A stretch of 64,000 nucleotides of DNA. Source: a virus. Positions 27,988 through 35,603 of this stretch are shown here, one piece after another (within the stretch, counting starts at the first letter, position 1; every line of letters starts with the position of its first letter). The notes under the pieces are model-generated. The model saw only the letters and a list, made by a program, of their open reading frames with translations, did not search any database and was not told the DNA's origin. The stretch is taken from positions 107,495-171,494 of the IMG/VR virus record IMGVR_UViG_3300032770_000003; one strand, given 5' to 3'. Position numbers and translations under genes: made by a program.

Positions 27988-29400
27988 TCAGGCTGAGACG
28001 ATCTGGTGATCGAGCCACTCACGCACTGCACGCAGATCCTCATAGACCTGCGTTCGCGCCGATGGATTACGCGCTATGTAAGCTGGATGATACGATACCC
28101 GAGTAGGTCCGAACGCTGTGTTGTGCCAGATGCCCCGTAGGGATGACAGCGGTGCGGTACTGAGAGTAGGAGCCAAGAGCGCTGTGGTGGCGACTCGCCC
28201 GAGTGCCACGACAGTGAGCGGCCGCACCAACTCCAGCTGACGCTCAAAGTACGGACGGCACGCCGCCAGCTCCGCGGGTGCCGGCTGACGATTCCGGGGT
28301 GGCCTGCAGTTGGATACTAACATCCCATCTGCTATATACTGCCCGCTTCTGGTCTGCAAATTGTAAACATGACCACTAAACCACTTCCTTTCGATCTTCA
28401 GGATCTTAGCCAGCGCTACTTGCGTGGCGCTGGATTGGAACCTTTGTCCCGGGAAGTTCATATTGGGCAAGCTACGCTCAAGAAGTTGTTCCTGAAAGCC
28501 GGTGTCGCGGTACGAGACCGCTCCGCCGCTATGAAGACCCGGCTGCGCCAGATGACACAAGAGCAACGAAAGGAACTCACTGAAGCTGCGCACGCAGCTT
28601 GTCACGGCCGTGTACGCCCTCTCGAAGAATCTCAGCGAATTGCCGAAGCGCGTGCTCGCCGCTTTCAGGAAACAAAAAAGGTGGTCGGATCCTTCGAAGA
28701 TCTCTTGGTCAGTTGGATCAGACAGCGCGGGATTACTGTGACCCCGCAACAGCCTGTAAGGGGTTACAACCTCGATATTGGCATGTCCCCCGTCGCCGTG
28801 GAAGTTCACGTGGCTGTCAACCATCCATTTGCGGATGCCGACATCCGACAGCGTACGAAAAAGTTGATCGAACTTGGTTGGAGCGTGCTCTATGTCTGGA
28901 TCACCAAAGCCCACCCTCTTCAGCACAGGGTAGTGGATGAGATCATCGCCTTCCAACAGGCGCGAAAGAGGAAGCCGCCCTCTGCTGGAAAATACCGGGT
29001 GGTTCGGGGTTCCGGAGAGGTCACCCTTCTCCGTATGGACCTTGAGTAACGGCCCCTCATACCATCGTCGATAGATCTTCTCGATCCCTGAAGCACACAC
29101 CACAGTAGCTCCAGGAAAACACATCACTGGGTTAAGGATGTAGACCTGTTCCCGGGTGTAGCCCATCCAGGCGATGAACTCGTCGAGAATCGCACCCGCC
29201 CGGCCCACGAACGGAAGGCCCGACAGATCCTCGTTCTGTCCAGGCGCCTCACCAACGAACGCGACTGGCGGGCGAGCGACATTCCCAGTGCCGAATACGA
29301 CCTTGGTCCGCCCGCCCGCCAGTGGACACTTCGTGCAAGTCGAAGCCTCAGACCGGAGCGCGACCAACGCATCGATCTGCGCCGGTGTGCCCGGTTCCAT
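27988..29400 (-). CDS. Family-4 uracil-DNA glycosylase interrupted by an intein
   Basis: CTKCPL...VGEAPGQNED..GLPFVGRAG...LNPVM|intein|CRPPRNR...C...YHPAY. Confidence 0.92.
   Translation of the reverse strand: MEPGTPAQIDALVALRSEASTCTKCPLAGGRTKVVFGTGNVARPPVAFVGEAPGQNEDLSGLPFVGRAGAILDEFIAWMGYTREQVYILNPVMCFPGATVVCASGIEKIYRRWYEGPLLKVHTEKGDLSGTPNHPVFSSRGRLPLSRLLEGDDLIHYPVLKRVGFGDPDIEHAPTKFDQLFRTLSDVGIRKWMVDSHVNFHGDGGHANIEVVTPYRLLRGHSNPALSDPTDQEIFEGSDHLFCFLKAASTRFGNSLRFFERAYTAVTSCVRSFSEFLSLLLCHLAQPGLHSGGAVSYRDTGFQEQLLERSLPNMNFPGQRFQSSATQVALAKILKIERKWFSGHVYNLQTRSGQYIADGMLVSNCRPPRNRQPAPAELAACRPYFERQLELVRPLTVVALGRVATTALLAPTLSTAPLSSLRGIWHNTAFGPTRVSYHPAYIARNPSARTQVYEDLRAVREWLDHQIVSA
28309..29121 (-). 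mobile_element. Intein (271 aa) with no sense-strand endonuclease motifs
   Basis: CFPGATVV...GTPNHPVF...GHVYNLQT...YIADGMLVSN|C. Inserted before the Fe-S-ligand Cys of the CRPP motif. Confidence 0.9.
28369..29049 (+). CDS. HTH plus Vsr/DUF559-like endonuclease encoded antisense, wholly within the UDG intein
   Basis: FEDLL..WIRQRGI..TPQQPVRGYNLDI...VAVEVH...H...RTKKLIELGWSVLYVW. Homolog at 2-343. Confidence 0.8.
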   Translation: MTTKPLPFDLQDLSQRYLRGAGLEPLSREVHIGQATLKKLFLKAGVAVRDRSAAMKTRLRQMTQEQRKELTEAAHAACHGRVRPLEESQRIAEARARRFQETKKVVGSFEDLLVSWIRQRGITVTPQQPVRGYNLDIGMSPVAVEVHVAVNHPFADADIRQRTKKLIELGWSVLYVWITKAHPLQHRVVDEIIAFQQARKRKPPSAGKYRVVRGSGEVTLLRMDLE

Positions 29401-29903
29401 TACGCCGCTTTCTGCGCCTTGGCCTTCTTGGCACCCGGCGGGAAGTACTTCACCGCCCGCGCTTGGCCCTCCTTCATCATCTTGCCCTCGGCAAGCAGCT
29501 GCCGGATCGGCAGGACCATCTCCTTAGTCGGCACACCCAGATTCTTGGACATCGATTCGGCACCCTGTCCAGGATTGGTGACGACCCACGAGAGGATCTT
29601 CGTGCGCAGCTTCGCCAGGTCATCGGCGGAGCGCTTGCCCCGTCCGTGCCCGTTCGCTGACTCCGACTTCGCTTCCTCGGGAACCGGTGTCAGCGACCGG
29701 CGAACCGCCCGCTTGCGCCGGTGTCCGTTGGCCTTCGGCGCCTCTTCTTCCTCGGATGGCTTGAGGAACGCCTTCAGCTCCAGCGTCCCCTCCAACTCTT
29801 GGTAGACCTTCGGATGACTGGCGTCGAGCGCCGCTGCCAGCAACGCCTCGTCCAGGTTCTCGAAAGTCTGCTGTTTGTCGTTCAGCACCAGATACGTACT
29901 CAT
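29400..29903 (-). CDS. Basic winged-helix DNA-binding protein (myxobacterial-type)
   Basis: KRSADDLAKL..KILSWV..NPG..AE...LG...LPIRQLLAEG...EGQARAVKYF. Confidence 0.6.
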   Translation of the reverse strand: MSTYLVLNDKQQTFENLDEALLAAALDASHPKVYQELEGTLELKAFLKPSEEEEAPKANGHRRKRAVRRSLTPVPEEAKSESANGHGRGKRSADDLAKLRTKILSWVVTNPGQGAESMSKNLGVPTKEMVLPIRQLLAEGKMMKEGQARAVKYFPPGAKKAKAQKAA

Positions 29904-29905
29904 GT

Positions 29906-32014
29906 CTACCCTTTCTTGTGCCTGAGGCACTGGTCTATCTGATTCAGACCTTGACGAGGTAATTCGTCAAGCTTTTTCACTACCACAGTGTTCGAATATA
30001 TGCCAGTGACTGCGTCGGTCTCGATTCCGATCACTACGAGTTCAACGAGCTTTTCTACCGCCCTGGCACAATCCGTAGCGTAGTTGACATGCGCTGCGTG
30101 GTCCTCATCAAACCTCGGGAATCTCTGTCGACTATCGTCCACATCCCACACGGGCGCAACCGGCACCGGCTCCCCGTCGTTGAAGACGAAGAGGAGCTTG
30201 CGTTTCTCAGGCCGAGAGAGGAGCATCCGAGCGCCAAGCTTGACGGTCTCCCCATCGTAGGTGTTCGCCTTGAGGTTCTTAGGCATCTGCAGGAAGCGCG
30301 GCCCGGCCGCATACCAGGAATCGCCGAAGGACTTGTACTCCCCCAGCCAGAGATCCCCCCAGCGCTGATAGGTGGCCTGGACCTCGGGAGTCGTCGGCAG
30401 CTTGCGCCGGAACGCCACTTCGGGCTGAGAGGTTGACCAGCCGTAGCACGCGAAGGGAATCTTGAGCTGGTTGAACAGCTCGCCGAAGATGACGGCCGTC
30501 TGTGCGGCCAACAGGATCTTGCTCCCGTCCATCGACCCGGAGTGATCCACCAGCAGCAGTGCACAGGTATCGAACGCCTCGCCTGCGACCTGTGACCGAA
30601 ACACGTCCTTGCCGGTGCCGTTCACGACCTTGTACAGTCGCCGGCCGTTGAGCTTCCCGCGGAACTTGCCTTCCTCCCAGCGGCTCTGGGTGCGCGCCAT
30701 GAGCGCCCGCGTGAGCTTGAGCTTCATCGGGGCGACCATCGCGTTCGCCTGGTTCATGAAGCGGACGAACTCCGTGCGATCGCCCTCCTTGATCTTCTCG
30801 ATGGTGTCACCCTCCGTCGTGAAGATCTGGTAAGCGTGGCTACCCTTGCGCGCCTCTTCGACCGCTTTCTGGAGCAGCTCACCACGATCCGGAGCTTGTT
30901 TTTGCTCCGCACGCACCTCTTCCTCAGAGGGATCGAAGTTTGGTGCTGGCGCTGGGGCGGGGGCCTGTGACGGGGGCGCCTGCTCTTCTTCCTGGGACTC
31001 TTCCTCGCCACCACTTCCCTCTTTCGCGCCTTCGTCTTCCTCGCCCTGCTCGGATCCTGTGGCCGCACCCGCGGGCGGAGAGTCGTCTTCCGACTCATCC
31101 TCCTGTTCCGCGTCCCCCCCGTCGGCCTCTCCATCACCCTGTTCAGAGTCGTCCTCTGATCCCTGCGGCGGGGCCGTCTCCGTCTCTTCCGTCTCCTCAG
31201 GATCAGAATCCTCAGACTGCGACTGTTGCGGTTGGGGCTGCGGTTGCTCCGGCTGCTCCGGCTGCTCGAACATCGCCTGTTCTTGCGGCGACGGGGGCGG
31301 CGGGGGCGGCTGGTTCGACTGCTGTTGCCGTGGCTGCTGCTGCGGCTGTTGCGGCTGTTGCTGAGGGGGCGGCGGCGGGGGCGGGGGTGGCGTCGTGTCC
31401 TTCAGCCGTTCGAGAAGGATCTCAGCAAGCTCCCGCACCTCACGGGTGCTCCGAGCTTCGAACCGCGCTCGGCGGAAGAGGTCTTCTCCGTCCCGCTGAA
31501 AGCGCGCGAGGATCTCAGGCTCGACCACCGTCTGCAGAAACCAGTGATCGTAGTTGAATCCCGTGGTCGCGTACGCGAGCCCGGTGTAGAGGAATTTCCC
31601 GAGTGCCGTGCGTGTCGCCCAGGCTTGCGCCGGATTCGCCGCGACCTTGCGCAGATCCCACTCTGCGGCAAAATCGAAGTTGGATTGCGCTCCGGGGTAG
31701 ATGTCGATCCACCTCTGCTCGATCCGCGGATCCTCCAGCGCGTTCAGCGCGAGGAAGAGCTTGGGCTTGCGCGCCAGCTCCTCCAGCATGTCGAAGTCGC
31801 TGTGGACGCAATGAGACGCTTCGTGGTCCAGGTAACCCTGTGTCGCGCGCAGCAGCTCGTCGCTGGCATCGTCCGGGAGCAGCGGCAGATAGATCGTCTT
31901 GCCGTTGGTGCGAGGTTGTGCGTGCGTGAAGATGACCTTGAGCTTCCACTGCTCCACCAGGATGCGCGCCAGGCGTTCCAGCGATGACTCGACGATTCGA
32001 AGCTGCTGCGTCAT
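29906..32014 (-). CDS. cobT: CobT-like VWA-domain protein
   Basis: GYLDHEASH, NALEDPRIE, acidic/Pro linker, MIDAS LVDHSGSM, VFNDGEP. Confidence 0.82.
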   Translation of the reverse strand: MTQQLRIVESSLERLARILVEQWKLKVIFTHAQPRTNGKTIYLPLLPDDASDELLRATQGYLDHEASHCVHSDFDMLEELARKPKLFLALNALEDPRIEQRWIDIYPGAQSNFDFAAEWDLRKVAANPAQAWATRTALGKFLYTGLAYATTGFNYDHWFLQTVVEPEILARFQRDGEDLFRRARFEARSTREVRELAEILLERLKDTTPPPPPPPPPQQQPQQPQQQPRQQQSNQPPPPPPSPQEQAMFEQPEQPEQPQPQPQQSQSEDSDPEETEETETAPPQGSEDDSEQGDGEADGGDAEQEDESEDDSPPAGAATGSEQGEEDEGAKEGSGGEEESQEEEQAPPSQAPAPAPAPNFDPSEEEVRAEQKQAPDRGELLQKAVEEARKGSHAYQIFTTEGDTIEKIKEGDRTEFVRFMNQANAMVAPMKLKLTRALMARTQSRWEEGKFRGKLNGRRLYKVVNGTGKDVFRSQVAGEAFDTCALLLVDHSGSMDGSKILLAAQTAVIFGELFNQLKIPFACYGWSTSQPEVAFRRKLPTTPEVQATYQRWGDLWLGEYKSFGDSWYAAGPRFLQMPKNLKANTYDGETVKLGARMLLSRPEKRKLLFVFNDGEPVPVAPVWDVDDSRQRFPRFDEDHAAHVNYATDCARAVEKLVELVVIGIETDAVTGIYSNTVVVKKLDELPRQGLNQIDQCLRHKKG

Positions 32015-32048
32015 TGTCCCCTCGACAGGAGGTCGATCCGCACAGAAG

Positions 32049-32870
32049 TCAAAATCGCCAGTGCGCGCGTATAGCCTTGGCCAGCTCGTGAGCTGCAAGC
32101 GAAGTGCGCACTGTGACACGGTAACTACAGGTCGCGTACTTCGACGCCACCTTCGCCGGTGTCGGAGTTGGAGGTTCGAGCTGGTGCAGATCCGCCTGCA
32201 TGTAGCGAAACGTACCGAGTGCCGCTGAGATCTCAGTCAGCCGGTCTATCAGCTCGGGTACGATGCCAACGAAAGCGTATTTACCGGTGTCAAGCCAGAA
32301 TCGAACGATCACGAGTCCGTCACGCATCACACTGCAGTAGCTCGCAGTCAGAGCGAGCTGATACTGCCCGCGGTGCGCATACTGCGTTGCAAAATCACGC
32401 GCCGACCACATCAGCGGCAGGACGGGCAGCTCCCCTAGCGTCCGCCGGAATTCAGCCAGGAACGAGTCGACGGCGCGACCCATAGGCACATACTCGCGCC
32501 TCGCGTATTTATCGGTACCGGCCCAGCGGCTCTTTTTGGTGGCGGGCTTCTTTCCGTGCTTCGCGGGCGGGGACGATGGACGCGGCGGGGGCGGCAGCGG
32601 ATCTTGTTTCAAGGGGACTACGAGCTGGGGACCGCTGGCCACAGCTACCGCCTCAGTGCGAAGCTTCCAGGCGCGTTCGCAGAAGCGCGCGAGACCACAG
32701 CTCGGTGCTTCGCCACAGGGCCCTTCGCCTTCGACCACGAAGAGACCAAAGCAATCAGTCTGATCAACCGTCGCCGTCTCCTCAGGACGCATCGAGCGCT
32801 TGATTAGCTTGACCACCGGGACTAGCCACGGGTCACGGGCCCATTCAACCTGCGGAAGCTCGTTGGACAT
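32049..32870 (-). CDS. Hypothetical protein with Cys cluster
   Basis: DCFG...C...C...C; GAGG RBS. Confidence 0.6.
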   Translation of the reverse strand: MSNELPQVEWARDPWLVPVVKLIKRSMRPEETATVDQTDCFGLFVVEGEGPCGEAPSCGLARFCERAWKLRTEAVAVASGPQLVVPLKQDPLPPPPRPSSPPAKHGKKPATKKSRWAGTDKYARREYVPMGRAVDSFLAEFRRTLGELPVLPLMWSARDFATQYAHRGQYQLALTASYCSVMRDGLVIVRFWLDTGKYAFVGIVPELIDRLTEISAALGTFRYMQADLHQLEPPTPTPAKVASKYATCSYRVTVRTSLAAHELAKAIRAHWRF

Positions 32871-32882
32871 ACCTCTCGAACA

Positions 32883-32911
32883 AAACTATGACTCTAAACT
32901 TGACTTGTCAA
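32883..32911 (-). promoter_or_regulatory. Sigma70-like promoter whose -35 lies in a TTGAC-NN-GTCAA palindrome
   Basis: Minus strand TTGACA-17 nt-TAGTTT upstream of ATG 32870; second palindrome at 32950-32961. Confidence 0.5.
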
Positions 32912-33166
32912 GATAACGTGCTCTAGGTGCGAACGATCCAGAATCAGAGTTGACTTGTCAAGGTCTTTTCCGCTGTTGCCGTCGCATGTATTTGTCAGCC
33001 CAGTGGGCGGGCTTTGGCCTGCGCCGCAGCACTAGCTGACCCGAAAGGCTGCAGCGCGGTTCCCCGAACCAGTCAGGCGCGTCCCCCAGGTTGTGAACCG
33101 GAAACCGATGGTCATCTCGGATCGGTAGGACTGCGCTGCAGCGGCACGTCCGCCAGTGAAACGTCA

Positions 33167-33472
33167 TCAGCGCTGCACGGGCAGGTCGTCACGGTGGAGG
33201 TACGAGATCGTGACTTCGCCCGTGTGGGGATCGGTGACGTCGGCGATCTGATACTCGCCATACAGCGCCGCCCGCCAGCGGAGCCGATCAAGCAACCTCT
33301 CCCGCGCATCGATGTCATGCACCGGCGCGAAGTCGCGCAGATCCTTGGGCCGAATCTCGGTCAGCACCACCGGGGTGGGCTCGACCCTGACCACCTCCAG
33401 CGAGCCTTGCTCCTGGAACACATCCTCGATTCGCGACGCGAACAGCTTCAAGAACTTCTGCAGGAATGCCAT
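33167..33472 (-). CDS. Hypothetical protein
   Basis: AAGGAGG RBS before MAFLQKF. Confidence 0.55.
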   Translation of the reverse strand: MAFLQKFLKLFASRIEDVFQEQGSLEVVRVEPTPVVLTEIRPKDLRDFAPVHDIDARERLLDRLRWRAALYGEYQIADVTDPHTGEVTISYLHRDDLPVQR

Positions 33473-33548
33473 TGTCAGAATCCTCCTTCGGTAGATTTGG
33501 GTTCGGCCTTGACATGTCAAGGCTTGGGGTGTTTAGATGAAGCACAGC

Positions 33549-33608
33549 GGCTAGGCAAGGCTCGGCCTGGATCGTTTCGGCTAGGTCAGGCTTGACTGGG
33601 TTCGGCAG
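33549..33608 (+). ncRNA. Orphan GGNNN-pentamer unit (putative guide RNA)
   Basis: GGCTA GGCAA GGCTC GGCCT GGATC GTTTC GGCTA GGTCA GGCTT GACTG GGTTC GGCAG; same leader as the array at 53480; hairpin follows. Confidence 0.65.
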
Positions 33609-33660
33609 GCATGGAAGCCGGGGTGGGGAGATGTGTCATCCACTCCCGGCTCTCTTCGCC

Positions 33661-33707
33661 CGAAAGGTCGATCCGCACAGATGTCTTTTGTGCGGATCGA
33701 CCTTTCG
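33661..33707. repeat. Back-to-back inverted pair of the 21-nt motif (19-bp perfect arms)
   Basis: CGAAAGGTCGATCCGCACA-N9-TGTGCGGATCGACCTTTCG. Confidence 0.9.
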
Positions 33708-33723
33708 GCGAAAGGACCGACCA

Positions 33724-33864
33724 ATGGCCAAAAAGACCAAATACAACCCTGAGAAACGTGCATGGCGCGGCCGTTCCTATAAAAACGGCGGCCGTCGCGT
33801 CAAAGATCTGCGCGATGCAGGGAAGGCTTCAACAGCGCTGGCAGACGCCAAGCACTCAGGTTGA
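33724..33864 (+). CDS. Small basic protein
   Basis: AAGGA RBS and ATG right after the plus-oriented motif; MAKKTKYNPEKRAWRGR. Confidence 0.5.
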   Translation: MAKKTKYNPEKRAWRGRSYKNGGRRVKDLRDAGKASTALADAKHSG

Positions 33865-34620
33865 GATGTCAGATTCGCGCGGCGGTACGTAGGCGGTGTG
33901 GGCGCGCACTTGGTGGATCTCCGGCTTAGCGCGATTCGGCACAAAGACCGCCGCCGTCAGCCAGCCCCCAAAACAGCACCCCGTGTCAATGCCATAGCAC
34001 TCGACGCCGTTGTCACGTACGTCAATGCGTACCGCGTGGCGGTCGTGGCGGATGTGCCCATACACCACGGACTGCGGCCCCACCCACCGCTCAGTCCAGT
34101 ACACCGACCCTGGAGGTAGCTCGTGGGGGTTCCCAGTGGACGCATAGGCGCCTGCCCCGTCCACCCAGCGACAGCGCAGGATCTGTCGGTAGTCCACCTG
34201 CTCTAGGGCTCGATTGGACGGTATGCCCCCGTGGGTCACCAGCCAGGGGCGCTCCATGTGGATGAACTGCAGCACGATGGGCAGGCGCGCCAACCACTGC
34301 CGATCGTCTGCAGACAGCGCTGCGTGCTGCGCGAGACGGGTAGCCGAACGTGGGCGCATGGGGTTCTTGTAGTGTGGGTCTTCCTGGCAGCGCGCCTCAT
34401 GGCGTGCATAGCGCAGAGCCCACTCCTCATGATTACCCATCACCACCTCAGCCCCCACCTCCTGCATGAAGTGCACAACACCTACAGGATCGGGACCGCG
34501 ATCGATCAGGTCACCTACCGAGATCAGCCGGTCAGCGCCCGTACGAAACTGGAGCTGGTCTAGCAGCTCTCTCAGTTCGAGGAGACAACCGTGAATGTCA
34601 CCGACGACGATCGTTCTCAC
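33856..34620 (-). CDS. ApaH/PrpE-like calcineurin-type metallophosphoesterase
   Basis: GDIHG, GDLIDRG, GNHE, HGG, YGH, IDTG. Confidence 0.88.
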   Translation of the reverse strand: MRTIVVGDIHGCLLELRELLDQLQFRTGADRLISVGDLIDRGPDPVGVVHFMQEVGAEVVMGNHEEWALRYARHEARCQEDPHYKNPMRPRSATRLAQHAALSADDRQWLARLPIVLQFIHMERPWLVTHGGIPSNRALEQVDYRQILRCRWVDGAGAYASTGNPHELPPGSVYWTERWVGPQSVVYGHIRHDRHAVRIDVRDNGVECYGIDTGCCFGGWLTAAVFVPNRAKPEIHQVRAHTAYVPPRESDIST

Positions 34621-34913
34621 GACACCTTGTCAGGTGCCGGCTCTGCTGGCGGATCCCCTGCCTCTGCTTCGTTCATGCGATCGATGTTCAGCATTGCTCG
34701 ATTCCACGCATGCATGCAAGCCTCTTGGAACGCTTGCACGGTCATGTGCTCGCCGATCGCCCTGCCCGCAACGGAGTCGAGATCAGCGAACAAAGCGTAA
34801 CGATCACCCCATTTCTTGTACCGGCAGCGCGAATCGCGGTGAGGGTCGTCGAACCCTGAGTAGACGGCGCCTTTTTTGACGACGGGAACCTTCGTCCGCT
34901 TCTTCGGAGGCAC
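34617..34913 (-). CDS. Hypothetical protein
   Basis: Coupled overlap; TTGACAAGTCAA palindrome upstream at 34936. Confidence 0.5.
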   Translation of the reverse strand: MPPKKRTKVPVVKKGAVYSGFDDPHRDSRCRYKKWGDRYALFADLDSVAGRAIGEHMTVQAFQEACMHAWNRAMLNIDRMNEAEAGDPPAEPAPDKVS

Positions 34914-34965
34914 GCTGTCACAATGCTCGCTAGAATTGACAAGTCAAGGAGTTCACTCCTGAAAG

Positions 34966-35487
34966 CTACTGTGTGGGGATCTCGTACCTCTGCAGGAATG
35001 CAGGCATCGGCAACCGCTCAACGTCGTCATGGTCATTGGCGCTTATCAACTCCCTCGTCGCCCAGTCCTCAGCTTGCTGCCGCTGCTCCGGCGTCCAGCG
35101 GAGGATCTCATCGAAGGTCGGAGCCCGCGCCAACACCAGGCTCAGCAGGTCGGTCAAGATACGTTGGTTGTCATCGACCACGGCGCCAGGTCGGCACGCG
35201 CGACAGAAGTGCGCATCACGGTCATTCAGCACCTCACAGTCTCGGCAAATCCACTTGTTGCTGACCCCCGGACAGTACGTCGCGTAGGGGCCCACGACCC
35301 GCACGAAACAATGGCAACAAACGTACGCCGTCAGGTTGTGGCGCATCGGTAGCGGATCGTCATGTGGGATCTCTTCACCGAGCTTGTGAGTCGCGGGAAT
35401 CCTCGCGCCACCCTGCTGGCAGACATGACAGATCACACCAGTACAAGACTGGCTGACGAAGTGTTTGGCCTCTACCCTCGTTGACAT
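34966..35487 (-). CDS. Zn-finger-rich hypothetical protein
   Basis: CHVC, CCHC, WICRDC...FCRAC; AAGGAGG RBS. Confidence 0.55.
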   Translation of the reverse strand: MSTRVEAKHFVSQSCTGVICHVCQQGGARIPATHKLGEEIPHDDPLPMRHNLTAYVCCHCFVRVVGPYATYCPGVSNKWICRDCEVLNDRDAHFCRACRPGAVVDDNQRILTDLLSLVLARAPTFDEILRWTPEQRQQAEDWATRELISANDHDDVERLPMPAFLQRYEIPTQ

Positions 35488-35603
35488 GGGGGCCTCCTTT
35501 CGACCCCCACTACGGTAGCACAGTGAGGTCCATCGGTAATCGGGGGTGGGTCGTGAGTCGAACACGACCTTGCGGGAGCCCTACTGCTCACCACCCTGTT
35601 TGG

